64,000 bases of DNA, taken from contig JBHOQO010000139.1 in the NCBI GenBank assembly GCA_042408925.1, positions 3,655-67,654 of the forward strand, read 5' to 3'. Below are positions 50,299-60,950 of the stretch, one piece after another; position 1 is the stretch's first letter; every line of letters starts with the position of its first letter. A program made the position numbers and the translations under genes. This stretch comes from Chloroflexota bacterium (GTDB lineage Bacteria; Chloroflexota; Limnocylindria; Limnocylindrales; CSP1-4). The notes beneath the pieces were generated by a model that made no database searches, was not told where the DNA came from, and saw only the letters and a program-made list of their open reading frames with translations.

Positions 50299-50628
50299 AT
50301 GAAGCTCGTCGTTGCCATCGTCCACAACGAGGACGCTGGTGCCCTCGTCGATGCCCTGCTGGAGCGCGAGTACCGGGCGACGCGGCTCCACAGCTCCGGC
50401 GGCTTCCTGAAGCAGTCGAACGCGACCGTCATCGTCGGTGTCGAGGATCACCAGGTCGACGACGTCCTCGCCATCGTCCGCGAGAACTGCACCGCCCGGA
50501 CCCAGGTCGTGAACCCCATGCCGCCGATCATGGAGCCCGGCGAGTTCTTCATGCCCTATCCCCTGGAGGTCGAGGTCGGCGGGGCGACCGTTTTCGTCTT
50601 GCCCGTCGAACGCTTCGAGCGTCTCTAG
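50299..50628 (+). CDS. darA: c-di-AMP receptor, PII-like signal-transduction protein DarA/PstA (YaaQ, DUF970)
   Basis: MKLVVAIVHNEDAGALVDALLEREYRATRLHSSGGFLKQSNATVIVGVEDHQVDD...PYPLEVEVGGATVFVLPVERFERL is near-identical in pattern to Bacillus DarA. Confidence 0.85.
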   Translation: MKLVVAIVHNEDAGALVDALLEREYRATRLHSSGGFLKQSNATVIVGVEDHQVDDVLAIVRENCTARTQVVNPMPPIMEPGEFFMPYPLEVEVGGATVFVLPVERFERL

Positions 50629-50629
50629 C

Positions 50630-51145
50630 GTGGCCCGGCGCCCCGACCTCGTCGAGTGCTGGGTCTTCCGCGTCCCCGCCCCCGGTGCTCCGGCCGAGTT
50701 CCTCCTCATCCGCCGCGCTCCCGACCGCATCTTCGCCGGCCTTTGGCAGTGCGTGACCGGCGGCATCGAGCCGGGCGAGCGGGTCCCGCTCGCCGCCCTC
50801 CGGGAGGTCGAGGAAGAGACGGGTCTCGGGCGCGAGGCGCTGGAAGGGTTCTACGACCTCGATCAGACGTACGAGTTCTACGACGAGGGCACCGACGCCG
50901 TCGTGACCGCCGTCGCCTTCGCCGTCCGGGTTCGCCCGGATGCCGAGCCCCGGCTCTCGACCGAGCACGACGCCTGTCGATGGGCGACCCGGGACGAGGC
51001 CCTTGCCCTCGCCGTCTGGCCAGCCTACGCTGAATCCGTCGAGCGGATCGAGCGCCGCCTCCTCGATCCGGCGACCGCTCGGTGGTTCGAGCTCACGCCC
51101 GACGGAGCCCGAGTCGCCAGGCGACCGGAGCGTCCGACGCGGTAG
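50630..51145 (+). CDS. NUDIX hydrolase
   Basis: Nudix box GGIEPGERVPLAALREVEEETGL. Confidence 0.7.
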   Translation: MARRPDLVECWVFRVPAPGAPAEFLLIRRAPDRIFAGLWQCVTGGIEPGERVPLAALREVEEETGLGREALEGFYDLDQTYEFYDEGTDAVVTAVAFAVRVRPDAEPRLSTEHDACRWATRDEALALAVWPAYAESVERIERRLLDPATARWFELTPDGARVARRPERPTR

Positions 51146-51179
51146 ACTGCCGAACCACGACGACAGCGGAGGACCCCGA

Positions 51180-52418
51180 TTGCTCGATCGCAGCGGCACC
51201 CCCGGCGGCCTCGAGCCGCCGCCGACATCGATCCCGGTCTCCACGCCGACATCACCCGATCTCGGCGCTCGTCGGCGGGCGTTTCGGAGCAAAGTCGATT
51301 CGATCCGACCGACGTACGGCTTCGACGACGTCTCGCTGGCGCCCGGGACGGACACCATCGAACCCGCCGACGTCGAGCTGGCCCAGACCTTTTGCGGTCT
51401 CCGGCTCGAGATTCCCGTCCTGGCAGCGGCGATGGATGCCGTCGTCGACGTTCGGCTGGCCGCGACCCTCGCCCGTCTCGGCGGCCTCGCCGTCCTCAAT
51501 CTCGAAGGGGTCCAGACCCGCTACGACGATCCGGACGCCGTCCTGGCCCGGATCGCGGCCGCCAAGGACGACGAGGTCCAGGCGGTCCTGACCGAGGCCT
51601 ACGCAGCGCCGATTCGGGAGGACCTCGTCGCTCGACGGATCGACGAGCTCCACGCTGCCGGCGCGGCGGCCGCCGTCGCCGCGACCCCGGCCGCCGCCCG
51701 CCGCTGGGGCCCCTTCTGCGCTGAGCATGGGGCCGACCTCTTCCTCGTCCAGTCCCAGGTCTCGTCGGCTCGCCACCTGGCGACCGGCTACGAGCCGCTC
51801 TCCCTCGCCGAGTTCACCCGCTTCATGCCGATCCCCGTTGCCGTCGGGAACACGACGAACGCCGAGGCGGCCTTCGCTCTCATGGAGCAGGGGGCGGCGG
51901 CGATCTTCGTCGGGGTCGGCCCCGGAGCCGCCTGCACGACCCGCGAGGTTCTCGGGATCGGCGTTCCCCAGGTCACGGCCATCAGCGACGTCGCTGCTGC
52001 CCGGGACGCCTACCTCGCCGAGACCGGACGGTACGTGCCCGTCGTCGCCGACGGCGGGATGCGCCGCGGCGGCGAGATCGCGAAGGCGATCGCCGCCGGG
52101 GCCGATGCGGTCATGCTCGGTTCGCCCCTCGCGCGGGCCGAGGAGGCGCCGGGTCGAGGGATGAACTGGGGGATGGCGGCGCCCTCGCCGGTCCTGCCTC
52201 GCGGGACGCGGATCCGGGTCGGAACCGCCGGGCCGCTCGAACGGATTCTCTTCGGGCCGGCCCGGGTGACCGACGGCTCGGAGAACCTCGTCGGTGCCCT
52301 TCGCCAGTCGATGGCTGCCCTCGGCGCCCGGACGATTCGCGAGATGCAGGCGGTGGAGATCGTCTACGCCCCGGCGATCGTCAGCGAAGGCAAGAGCTGG
52401 CAGCTCCGTCGCGGCTGA
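51180..52418 (+). CDS. guaB3: IMPDH/GMPR-family protein lacking a CBS pair (GuaB3-type)
   Basis: TIM-barrel IMPDH-family motifs: YGFDDVSLAPG, IPVLAAAMDAV, the catalytic loop GVGPGAACTTREVLGIGVPQ, and GGMRRGGEIAKAIAAGADAVMLGS. The putative TTG start is at about 51180. Confidence 0.65.
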   Translation: MLDRSGTPGGLEPPPTSIPVSTPTSPDLGARRRAFRSKVDSIRPTYGFDDVSLAPGTDTIEPADVELAQTFCGLRLEIPVLAAAMDAVVDVRLAATLARLGGLAVLNLEGVQTRYDDPDAVLARIAAAKDDEVQAVLTEAYAAPIREDLVARRIDELHAAGAAAAVAATPAAARRWGPFCAEHGADLFLVQSQVSSARHLATGYEPLSLAEFTRFMPIPVAVGNTTNAEAAFALMEQGAAAIFVGVGPGAACTTREVLGIGVPQVTAISDVAAARDAYLAETGRYVPVVADGGMRRGGEIAKAIAAGADAVMLGSPLARAEEAPGRGMNWGMAAPSPVLPRGTRIRVGTAGPLERILFGPARVTDGSENLVGALRQSMAALGARTIREMQAVEIVYAPAIVSEGKSWQLRRG

Positions 52419-52508
52419 GCCTCGGTCGATCCACGGTTGGGAGCGGGACGCGAACAGGAGTCCCGGAAGCCGAGCTCGGAGGCCGGCCTCGATCTCGTCG
52501 CCGAGGCG

Positions 52509-52868
52509 ATGGTGGCGACCGGCCGAGCTGCCCGGCTCGTGACGAGAGGCCGGCGGACCGGCCGCCCGGTCCCCGTCGCCGTCGGCTTCGTCGAGGAGCC
52601 TGACGGATCGCTCCTCGTCGCCGCCGGCCGCCCCGACGCCGACTGGGCCCTCAACCTCCTCGCCGAACCGCGTTGTCGGGTCGCCATCGGCGAAGACTCC
52701 TTCGATGCCGAAGCCGAGCCCCTGAAGGGCGCTGACGCCGGCCGGGCGGTTCGGGAGCTCATCCTCCGCTACGGGACCCCGGCTGAACGGCTCGGGTCCG
52801 GGCCTGCCTTTCGGCTCCGGCCTCGAATCCCCCGGGCTCCGTCGCGGCCGGCGGGGCCGCTATCCTGA
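52509..52868 (+). CDS. Deazaflavin (F420)-dependent nitroreductase-family protein (DUF385)
   Basis: RLVTRGRRTGRPVPVAVGFVEEPDGSLLVAAGRPDADWALNLLAEPRCRVAIGEDSF matches the RTGxxR...NL motif arrangement of the DUF385 split-barrel family. Confidence 0.5.
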   Translation: MVATGRAARLVTRGRRTGRPVPVAVGFVEEPDGSLLVAAGRPDADWALNLLAEPRCRVAIGEDSFDAEAEPLKGADAGRAVRELILRYGTPAERLGSGPAFRLRPRIPRAPSRPAGPLS

Positions 52869-52898
52869 TCCCATGGCGAAGCCAGGAGCCTGCGACCG

Positions 52899-54695
52899 GT
52901 GACGGACCGACCCGACGAGGAGCCGAGCGCCCCGCCCGTCGCCCACGACCCTCCCGCCGAGGGAGGAGCGAGGCCGACGACCAGGGGCCGAACCGTCCAC
53001 GGCGAGCCGGCGAACGCCGGTCACCGCGTCCTCGCCCCTGACGACGCCGAGGTCGAGGTCTACCTCGAAACCGCCCTCAAGGCCCCGCCACCGGCCCGTC
53101 CCGCCGACGATCGGCCGGGGAGTGGTCGGGCAGAGCCCGACACCGTCGTCGTCCTCGACTTCGGCAGTCAGTACGCTCAGCTCATCGCGCGCCGAGTTCG
53201 GGAGCTGAACGTCTATTCCGAGCTCCTGCCCTTCGATACCCCCTGGCCGGAGATCGAGCGGCGCCGGCCGAAGGCGATCATCCTCTCCGGTGGGCCGGCC
53301 TCGGTCTACGAGCCCGGCGCGCCGCGACCCGACCCCGCCATCTGGACCGGCCGGGTCCCGGTCCTCGGGATCTGCTACGGCCTCCAGCTCATGGCCCACG
53401 AGCTCGGCGGGGACGTCGCCCCGGCGACGAAGCGGGAGTACGGACCGGCCTCGGTCACGATCACCGCCGACGATGGCCTCTTCGCCGGGCTCGAGCGGGA
53501 GCAGCCGGTCTGGATGAGCCACGGCGATTCGATCCTCCGCCCGCCGCCCGGCTTCCACGCCACGGCCCAGACCTCGGCAACCCCCTACGCCGGCCTCGCC
53601 GACCCGGCCAGGCGTCTCTACGGCATCCAGTTCCACCCCGAGGTCGTCCACACCCCGCGCGGCCGGGACATCCTTCGGAACTTCGTCCTCGGCGTCGCCG
53701 GCGCCCGGCCGACGTGGACGCCGGCGAACTTCATCGAGCAGGCGATCGAGGACATCCGGCGCCGGGTCGACGAGCACGCCCGGGCGACGGGCTCGGAGGG
53801 GAAGGTCATCTGCGCCCTGTCGGGCGGCGTCGATTCGGCCGTCGCGGCGACCCTAGTCCACCGGGCCGTCGGCGACCGGCTGACCTGCATCTACGTCGAC
53901 CACGGCCTCATGCGCAAGAAGGAGTCGGAGCTCCTCCGCCAGACCTTCGAGCGGAACCTCGGGATGCACCTCGTCATGGTCGACGCCAAGGAGCGCTTCC
54001 TCGCCCGTCTCGCCGGCGTCGTCGATCCCGAGCAGAAGCGGAAGATCATCGGCGACGAGTTCATCCGGGTCTTCGAGGAGCAAGCGGCGAAGCTCGGCCG
54101 GATCGACTTTTTGACACAGGGAACGCTCTACCCGGACGTCATCGAGTCGACCGCTCCCGAGACGAAGGCGGCGGCGAAGATCAAGACCCACCACAACGTC
54201 GGCGGCTTACCGCCGGACCTCCGCTTCCAGCTCATCGAACCGCTCCGCTATCTCTTCAAGGACGAGGTCCGGGCGGTGGGCCTGGAACTCGGCCTGCCCG
54301 AGGCGATGGTCATGCGGCAACCCTTCCCGGGTCCTGGACTCGCCATCCGGATCATCGGCGAGGTGACGGCGGAGCGCCTCGAGACCCTCCGCGAGGCGGA
54401 CTGGATCGTCATCGACGAGATCAAGGCGGCCGGTCTCTACCGGAGCCTCTGGCAGAGCTTCGCCATCCTCACCCCTGTCCGATCGGTCGGGGTCATGGGC
54501 GATGGTCGGACGTACGCGAACGTCGTCGCCGTTCGGGCGGTCACCTCCGAGGACGGCATGACCGCCGACTGGGCGAAGCTGCCCTACGACGTCCTGGCCC
54601 GGATCAGCTCCCGGATTGTCAACGAGGTACCCGGGGTGAACCGGGTCGTCTACGACATCAGCAGCAAGCCGCCGGCGACGATCGAGTGGGAATGA
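52899..54695 (+). CDS. guaA: GMP synthase (glutamine-hydrolysing), with a roughly 85-aa N-terminal extension
   Basis: GATase domain [20 protein letters not shown]...GICYGLQLM; ATP-PPase SGGVDSAV; C-terminal dimerisation domain. A GTG start at 52899 gives the extension, and I found no in-frame alternative start closer to the GATase domain. Confidence 0.85.
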   Translation: MTDRPDEEPSAPPVAHDPPAEGGARPTTRGRTVHGEPANAGHRVLAPDDAEVEVYLETALKAPPPARPADDRPGSGRAEPDTVVVLDFGSQYAQLIARRVRELNVYSELLPFDTPWPEIERRRPKAIILSGGPASVYEPGAPRPDPAIWTGRVPVLGICYGLQLMAHELGGDVAPATKREYGPASVTITADDGLFAGLEREQPVWMSHGDSILRPPPGFHATAQTSATPYAGLADPARRLYGIQFHPEVVHTPRGRDILRNFVLGVAGARPTWTPANFIEQAIEDIRRRVDEHARATGSEGKVICALSGGVDSAVAATLVHRAVGDRLTCIYVDHGLMRKKESELLRQTFERNLGMHLVMVDAKERFLARLAGVVDPEQKRKIIGDEFIRVFEEQAAKLGRIDFLTQGTLYPDVIESTAPETKAAAKIKTHHNVGGLPPDLRFQLIEPLRYLFKDEVRAVGLELGLPEAMVMRQPFPGPGLAIRIIGEVTAERLETLREADWIVIDEIKAAGLYRSLWQSFAILTPVRSVGVMGDGRTYANVVAVRAVTSEDGMTADWAKLPYDVLARISSRIVNEVPGVNRVVYDISSKPPATIEWE

Positions 54696-54873
54696 GCGAG
54701 CCGAGCTGAGTAGCAGCCGCCGCTGCCTGCCGCGGCGGCTGCCTACCTCGTCGGCTGCCTACCGCGGCGGCCCGGCACCGCCTGTCGGTCGGTCCCCGTG
54801 CGCCGCCGGGGGCGATGGCGGCCGGGACGATCGGGCCATGACGCGCCGGCCGCGGGGCAGTATCGTTCGCACC

Positions 54874-55326
54874 ATGAGCGTGGAGGCCTCGGGCTCGCAG
54901 ACGAACAGCGCGAGGTGCACCTGGTGCTCTGCGCCGGTCACGCCCGGCACAGAGCGCTGTCCAGCTTGCGGGGCCACCCTCCAGGCAGCCGAGGAGCCAC
55001 AGCTGCCCGGGGTGACCGCCGTCGACCCCCAGGCGGTCCTCTGGAGCGTCCGCTCGATGGAGCGACGCCGACGAAGCAAGCTCCTGACGTGGCTGAGCGG
55101 CGACGCCGAACCTGAGGCCACGACGCCGGCGGCTCCGGGAGCCCTCGATCCGCCACCGCCGGATGTCCAGCGTGAGATGCTCCGGTTGGCGATGGCGGCG
55201 GAGCTCTCGGATCTCTCGGCGGAGGTCGGGGCCATCGCGGCCGACGAGCTCATCGAGGGAGGGCGGCTCCCCGACGACCCGGGCGCTCGCCCGAGCTCCT
55301 CCCGAGGCGAGCCGGGCGCTCCGTAG
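54874..55326 (+). CDS. Zinc-ribbon hypothetical protein
   Basis: CTWCSAPVTPGTERCPACGATL is a C-x2-C ... C-x2-C ribbon. The remainder is low complexity. Confidence 0.35.
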   Translation: MSVEASGSQTNSARCTWCSAPVTPGTERCPACGATLQAAEEPQLPGVTAVDPQAVLWSVRSMERRRRSKLLTWLSGDAEPEATTPAAPGALDPPPPDVQREMLRLAMAAELSDLSAEVGAIAADELIEGGRLPDDPGARPSSSRGEPGAP

Positions 55327-55513
55327 GACGCGACCCGAGGGGAGTTCCGCGGGCGGCGAGGACCCGCTCGGAGGGGGCGGCATCGTCGAGCGACCCGAGC
55401 GGGGCTGGAGCACACGACGGCCGCGCAGAAGACGGCCGCGCAGAACCGGTGCCAGCGGCACGCGGCAGCCGGGCGAGACCGGGGCTGGCGGCCGCGGCGG
55501 CTAGACTGGGGGC

Positions 55514-57040
55514 GTGGTTGCCGACGACCGACCCGCTACGGACCGCGAGCCGGGCATCACCCGGGATCAGCTCCTCGTCAGCCTCGGCGTCATGGCGGGG
55601 ATCGCCGTCGCGGCCCTCGACTCGACCGTCGTCGGCACGGCGATGCCGACCATCATCGGGCAGCTCGGGGGGATCGAGCACTACGGCTGGGTCTTCGCCG
55701 CCTACCTCCTCACTGCGACGACGACCGTCCCGATCTTCTCGACCCTGGCCGACCAGCATGGCCGCAAGCCGATCTTCCTCGTCGGCCTGGCGCTTTTCGT
55801 CGGTGGCTCCGCGCTCTGCGGCCTCAGTGGTTCGATGCCCGAACTCATCGCCTTCCGGGCCATCCAGGGTCTCGGAGCCGGGGCCGTGCAGCCGATCGCT
55901 TTCACGATCGTCGGCGACATCTTCGAGCCCCGCCAGAGGGCGCGGATGCAGGGTCTCTTCAGCAGCGTCTGGGGCGTGGCCGCCGTCGTGGGCCCGCTCC
56001 TTGGTGGGATCATCACTGGGACGGTCGGTTGGCGATGGGCCTTCTACCTCAACGTCCCGGTCGGCTTCCTGGCCGCGATGCTCATCACGACCTTCCTTCG
56101 CGAGGGCGGTGAGCGTCGCCGGCACCGGCTCGACCTCGTCGGCGCGACCACCCTGACCGCCGGCGTGGCCCTTCTCCTTCTCTTCGCTTCGGAGGTCAGC
56201 GAGTCCCGGTCGGTGACGCCGACGGTCGCCCTGACGATCTTGGTGTCGATCGTGCTCCTGGCGGCCTTCGTTCGGAACGAGGGGCGAGCGTCCGAACCCC
56301 TCATCTCACCTGCCCTCCTCCAGCGTCCGATCGTTGCGGCTGGCCTGGTCGTCGGGTCGCTGGCCGGCATCGTGATGTTCGGCGTGACGGCCTACGTGCC
56401 GCCCCTCGTGCAGGGTGTCATGGGCGGCACGCCCCTCGAGGCCGGTCTCGCCGTTGGAGCGATGAGCCTCGGCTGGCCGATCGGCTCCATCGTGGCCGGC
56501 CGGGCGATCCTCCGCGTCGGCATTCGGCCGGTCGTCCTCGCCGGGACGTTCTTCCTCGTCCTCGGTAGCGGGTCCTTGATCGGGGCAGGAGCGGTGGCGT
56601 CCGTCTTGGTGGCGGCCGGTGCGGCCGCCGTGGTCGGCCTGGGAATGGGCCTCACGACGACCCCCCTGCTCGTCGGTGTCCAGACCACGGTGGCGTGGAA
56701 CGAGCGGGGACGGGCAACCGGGCTCCTCCAGTTCAGCCGGACGATCGGTGGCGCGGTCGGAACTGGCTTGCTCGGGGCCCTCCTGGCCGCGGCCGTCGGT
56801 CCGACGGCGAGCGCCATCCTCGATCCGATCGCCAGGCTCCAGATCCCGGCCGTCGATCTCGAGGCCGTTCGGGTCGCCCTCGCGGCTGGGCTGACCTCCA
56901 TCCACGCGGCGCTCGCTGCGGCTGCCATCGGCGCGTGGCTGCTTGCCATTCGCCTCGTGCCCGCCGACCGCATCGGCCAGCGGGACCTGGCCCCGGTCGC
57001 GCCTCGCGAGCCCGGCCAGGGCCCGGCACTGGAGCCCTGA
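55514..57040 (+). CDS. MFS transporter (DHA2/EmrB-like, 14 TMS)
   Basis: DHA2 N-terminal motifs: LDSTVVGTAMPTIIGQLGG, GWVFAAYLLTATTTVPIFSTLADQHGRK and GLGAGAV. About 14 hydrophobic segments. Confidence 0.8.
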   Translation: MVADDRPATDREPGITRDQLLVSLGVMAGIAVAALDSTVVGTAMPTIIGQLGGIEHYGWVFAAYLLTATTTVPIFSTLADQHGRKPIFLVGLALFVGGSALCGLSGSMPELIAFRAIQGLGAGAVQPIAFTIVGDIFEPRQRARMQGLFSSVWGVAAVVGPLLGGIITGTVGWRWAFYLNVPVGFLAAMLITTFLREGGERRRHRLDLVGATTLTAGVALLLLFASEVSESRSVTPTVALTILVSIVLLAAFVRNEGRASEPLISPALLQRPIVAAGLVVGSLAGIVMFGVTAYVPPLVQGVMGGTPLEAGLAVGAMSLGWPIGSIVAGRAILRVGIRPVVLAGTFFLVLGSGSLIGAGAVASVLVAAGAAAVVGLGMGLTTTPLLVGVQTTVAWNERGRATGLLQFSRTIGGAVGTGLLGALLAAAVGPTASAILDPIARLQIPAVDLEAVRVALAAGLTSIHAALAAAAIGAWLLAIRLVPADRIGQRDLAPVAPREPGQGPALEP

Positions 57041-57064
57041 TCGGAGCTCGGTCGACCTCGATCG

Positions 57065-57523
57065 ATGGCCCAGCGCCTGCCGCCGCCCGGGCCCTCGCAC
57101 CTGAAGCCGCTCGCTCTGTCCGTCGCCGGCCGGAGCCTCGAGGTTGGGATGACTCGACCGAGCGCGTCCGACGACGGCTGGTGGCTCGCCGTCCTCTGGG
57201 TCGCCGATGCCGACGGTGTCGTCAGCTTCCGTGATCTCGCCTCGCCGGCCGGGCCGCCGCCGGAGCCGCCGGCCGCCCGTCTCGGGCCGATCCTGGCCGG
57301 TGGGCTGTCCGGTCTCATCCGCGAGGAAGGCGGTCGATTGGCCATTCGTCTCGCACCGGTCGTGCCGCCCGACGATCCAACCCGTCCTTGGCGCTCGCCG
57401 GCCGCGGTCCGCCTCGCCATCGGCTTCGAGCCGCTCCGGGCGGCGACGATGGCGCCGAACGAGCTCGCCCTCGCCGTCCTCGACGCCTTTCGGCGGGCGG
57501 TTGCCCGGCTTTCCGAGCGCTGA
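57065..57523 (+). CDS. Hypothetical protein
   Basis: ATG-initiated ORF between the MFS gene and the UPF0182 gene. No family was recognised. Confidence 0.3.
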   Translation: MAQRLPPPGPSHLKPLALSVAGRSLEVGMTRPSASDDGWWLAVLWVADADGVVSFRDLASPAGPPPEPPAARLGPILAGGLSGLIREEGGRLAIRLAPVVPPDDPTRPWRSPAAVRLAIGFEPLRAATMAPNELALAVLDAFRRAVARLSER

Positions 57524-57596
57524 GGCGGTGGGCCGCTCCCACGCCGACCGCTCCACCGGGTGGCACCCCTGGCCCGGCGGGTAGACTGGCCCGACG

Positions 57597-60500
57597 ATGC
57601 GCGATCTCTTCGACGAGTTCCTCGAGGAACTCCGCCGGGAAGCCGAGCGCCGCCGCCGGGAAGCCGGGCGCCGCCGGGAAGCCGAGCGCCGCCGGGAAGC
57701 CACGGAAGGTGGCGGTTCGGCTGCCGAGGCCCACCCGTCCGACGATCTCGACGAGGCTCCGGCTCCGACCGAGGAGGCCGAGGGGACGACCCGCAACCGG
57801 GGAGAGACCCGGGGACAGGAGGGCAGCGAGGGGCGGGAGGAGACGCCTGGGGATCGGGAAGAGCCCCTCGTCATCCGGGTCGGGGGTGGGTCCGGCCGGG
57901 GTCGCCCACCGCGACGCCGATCTCCCGGCGGCCCGAACGACGGCGCCCCGACCGGCGGCGAGATCCTCCGAGGCTTCCTTCGCCGCCTCGGGTTCGTGGC
58001 CGTCTTCGGCGGTGCCCTTCTCGTCGTCGCCCTCTTCGCCTTCGGCCTCGACCTGTGGACCGACGCCATCTGGTTCGAGAGCGTCGGCTACGCGGCGGTC
58101 TTCTGGACCCGGCTCTCGGCCCAGGGGACCCTGTTCCTCGCCGTCCTCGTCACCGCCACACTCGTCATCCTCGGCAACCTCTGGCTGGCCGGGCGGCTCA
58201 CGCCGCCGCCGGGCGTGGGCCGAAGCGCCGTCGCGGCCTTCCTCGAACGTCTCACCGAGGTCGCCCGGGCCGCTGAACGTGACCCCTTCTCGGGCGGCGG
58301 TTGGTACCGGGGCCGCCCCGTCGGCCCGCGCCCCGTCGATGCGGGCTTCGAGCCCCCGAACCTCGTCCCCGTCGCCATCGTCACCCTCGCCGCCGTCGGC
58401 CTCCTCCTCGCCTTCGGCCTGGCGGGCTCGGCCGGTGCTCGCTGGGAGCTCGTCCTCCTCTGGCTGAACCGGGTGCCCTTCTCGCCGGCCGGCGAGGGTG
58501 CCGTCGTCGACCCCATCTTCGGGCGCGACATCGGATTCTTTCTCTTCGACCTTCCCTTCTTCCGGCTCGTCCAGTCGATCGCGAACGGGATCGTCCTGGG
58601 CTCCGTCGTCGTCGCCCTCGGCCGCTACCTCGCGGCGAGCCTCCAGGGGGCCGTCCCGTTCACGACCCCGATGCGGGTCCACCTCGGCGTCCTCGGCGCT
58701 CTCTACCTCCTGTCCGTCGCCGTCGGCTACCAGCTCGACAAGTACGAGCTCGTCTACAGCACCCAGGGGGTCGCCACGGGCGTCTCCTACACCGACGAAG
58801 CGGCCCGCTTCGTCGCCCTCGACACGCTGACGGTCATCGCCGCCCTCGCCGCGGCGTTCCTCGTCGGGGGTGCCTTCACCCGTTTCATCTGGCCCCTCGG
58901 CGGCGCCCTCGTCGTCTGGTTCGGGGCGTCCATCGTCCTCGGGACGATCTACCCCGAAGTCGTCCAGCGCTTCATCGTCGTCCCGAACGAGCTCGCTCGG
59001 GAGGAGCGGTACATCGCCAACAACATCGCCATGACCCGCCTCGCCTACGGCCTCGATACGTGGGAGCAGCGGCGCTACCAGGGGGAGGGTTCCCTCGACG
59101 AGGCGAAGGTCGCCGCCGAACAGGCAACCTTCCGGAACGCCCGCCTCTGGGACTACCGGCCCTTGCGGATCACCCTCGACCAGCTCCAGACGATTCGCCG
59201 CTACTACGAGTTCGTCGACGTCGACACCGACCGCTACCGCATCGATGGGGAGCTCCGACAGGTCATGCTCTCGGCCCGCGAGCTGGCGAAGGAGCGGAAC
59301 CCGCAAGCGACGAGCTGGGTGAACCTGAAGATCACCTACACCCACGGGGTCGGCGTCGCGATGGTACCGGTGAACGAGGTGACCCCCGAGGGGCAGCCTC
59401 GCCTCCTCATTCGGGACATGCCGCCGGTCTCGAGCTCGGGGGCCCCGCGCCTCGACGAATTCCGGATCTACTTCGGGGAGCGGCCGAGCGACTACGTCAT
59501 CGTCGGCGCCGTCCAGTCGGAGTTCGACTACCCGGCCGGAACAGAGGACGGGAGCGCCGACCTTGGGACCCGAACCCGCTGGCGGGGGACGACGGGGATC
59601 CGGCTCGACACGACCTTCGCTCGCCTCCTCTTCGCCCTCCGGTTCCGCGACCTCAACCTCCTCATCAGCGACCAGATCACCGCCGAGAGCCAGCTCCTCT
59701 TCCACCGCTCCCTCGGCGACCGGCTGCCCCGAATCGCGCCCTTCCTCCGCTACGACAAGGACCCGTACGTCGTCGTCCACGACGGGCGGCTCGTCTGGAT
59801 CCAGGACGCCTTCACGGTGAGCTCCCGTTTCCCCCACGCCGAGCCCTTCGATCCGACGACCCTCGGTCCAGAGACGGGGCTCGGATCGGCAAGCTTCAAC
59901 TACATTCGAAACAGCGTGAAGGTCGTCGTCGATGCCTACGACGGAACGACGACCTTCTACGTCGCCGATCCGAACGATCCGCTCATCCGGGCCTACGAAC
60001 GCATCTTCCCGACCCTCTTCCGACCGATCGCCGAGATGCCGGCTGACCTCCGGGCCCACGTTCGCTACCCCGAGGAGCTCTTCAACGTCCAGACCCGGGT
60101 CTTCGCCCTGTACCACGTCACGAGCCCGGCCGCCTTCTACAACCGCGAGGACCTCTGGACCGTTCCGGCCGAGGCGCCGAGCCCGGGCCAGCAGAACCTG
60201 CCGATGGAGGCGTACTACGTCGTCATGCGGATGCCCGGCGAACCGGAGCCGGAGTTTCTCCTCCTCCAGCCGATGGTGCCGGTGAACCGACCGAACATGA
60301 TCGCCTGGGTCGCAGCTCGGAACGACGGCGAGGCGTACGGCCAGGTCCGCTACTACCAGTTCCCCGAAGAAACGACGGTCTTCGGGCCGACCCAGATCGC
60401 GGCCCGGATCGACCAGGACCCGGTCATCAGTGCCCAGATCACGCTCTGGAGCCAGGCCGGCAGCGAGGTCATCCGGGGCAATCTCATCGTCGTTCCGGTC

Positions 60501-60950
60501 CAGGACGCCATCATCTACCTCCAGCCGATCTACCTCCAGTCCACGGGGAGCGCCTTCCCGGAGTTCCGGAAGATCGTCGTCGCCTCGCCGACCAGGGTCG
60601 TCTGGGGTGACAGCCTGGCCGAGGCGCTCCGCCTCCTCATCGCCCCCGGGCCGAGCCCGTCCCCGGGCCAGACGCCGTCTCCGGGTCCGACGCCGTCTCC
60701 GGGTCCGACGCCGTCTCCGGGTCCGACGCCGTCCCCGGGTCCGACGCCGTCCCCGGGCCCCTCGGTCGGGCCCGAGCCGTCGCTACCGAGCGACGTGGCG
60801 GGCCTCGTGGAGTACGCGAATCGCCACTTCCAGCTCGCCCAGGAGGCCCTCCGGAGCGGCGACTTCGCCCGCTACGGCGAAGAGATCCGGCTCGTCGAGG
60901 AGGCCCTCCGTCGCCTCGATGCCCTCGTTCGCCTTTCCCCGGCGCCGTAA
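57597..60950 (+). CDS. UPF0182-family large membrane protein (COG1615), with a C-terminal (PSPGPT)n repeat
   Basis: N-terminal multi-TM region, then a large conserved extracytoplasmic domain typical of UPF0182. An 18-bp tandem repeat at about 60655-60770 encodes PSPGQTPSPGPTPSPGPTPSPGPTPSPGPTPSPGP. Confidence 0.8.
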   Translation: MRDLFDEFLEELRREAERRRREAGRRREAERRREATEGGGSAAEAHPSDDLDEAPAPTEEAEGTTRNRGETRGQEGSEGREETPGDREEPLVIRVGGGSGRGRPPRRRSPGGPNDGAPTGGEILRGFLRRLGFVAVFGGALLVVALFAFGLDLWTDAIWFESVGYAAVFWTRLSAQGTLFLAVLVTATLVILGNLWLAGRLTPPPGVGRSAVAAFLERLTEVARAAERDPFSGGGWYRGRPVGPRPVDAGFEPPNLVPVAIVTLAAVGLLLAFGLAGSAGARWELVLLWLNRVPFSPAGEGAVVDPIFGRDIGFFLFDLPFFRLVQSIANGIVLGSVVVALGRYLAASLQGAVPFTTPMRVHLGVLGALYLLSVAVGYQLDKYELVYSTQGVATGVSYTDEAARFVALDTLTVIAALAAAFLVGGAFTRFIWPLGGALVVWFGASIVLGTIYPEVVQRFIVVPNELAREERYIANNIAMTRLAYGLDTWEQRRYQGEGSLDEAKVAAEQATFRNARLWDYRPLRITLDQLQTIRRYYEFVDVDTDRYRIDGELRQVMLSARELAKERNPQATSWVNLKITYTHGVGVAMVPVNEVTPEGQPRLLIRDMPPVSSSGAPRLDEFRIYFGERPSDYVIVGAVQSEFDYPAGTEDGSADLGTRTRWRGTTGIRLDTTFARLLFALRFRDLNLLISDQITAESQLLFHRSLGDRLPRIAPFLRYDKDPYVVVHDGRLVWIQDAFTVSSRFPHAEPFDPTTLGPETGLGSASFNYIRNSVKVVVDAYDGTTTFYVADPNDPLIRAYERIFPTLFRPIAEMPADLRAHVRYPEELFNVQTRVFALYHVTSPAAFYNREDLWTVPAEAPSPGQQNLPMEAYYVVMRMPGEPEPEFLLLQPMVPVNRPNMIAWVAARNDGEAYGQVRYYQFPEETTVFGPTQIAARIDQDPVISAQITLWSQAGSEVIRGNLIVVPVQDAIIYLQPIYLQSTGSAFPEFRKIVVASPTRVVWGDSLAEALRLLIAPGPSPSPGQTPSPGPTPSPGPTPSPGPTPSPGPTPSPGPSVGPEPSLPSDVAGLVEYANRHFQLAQEALRSGDFARYGEEIRLVEEALRRLDALVRLSPAP

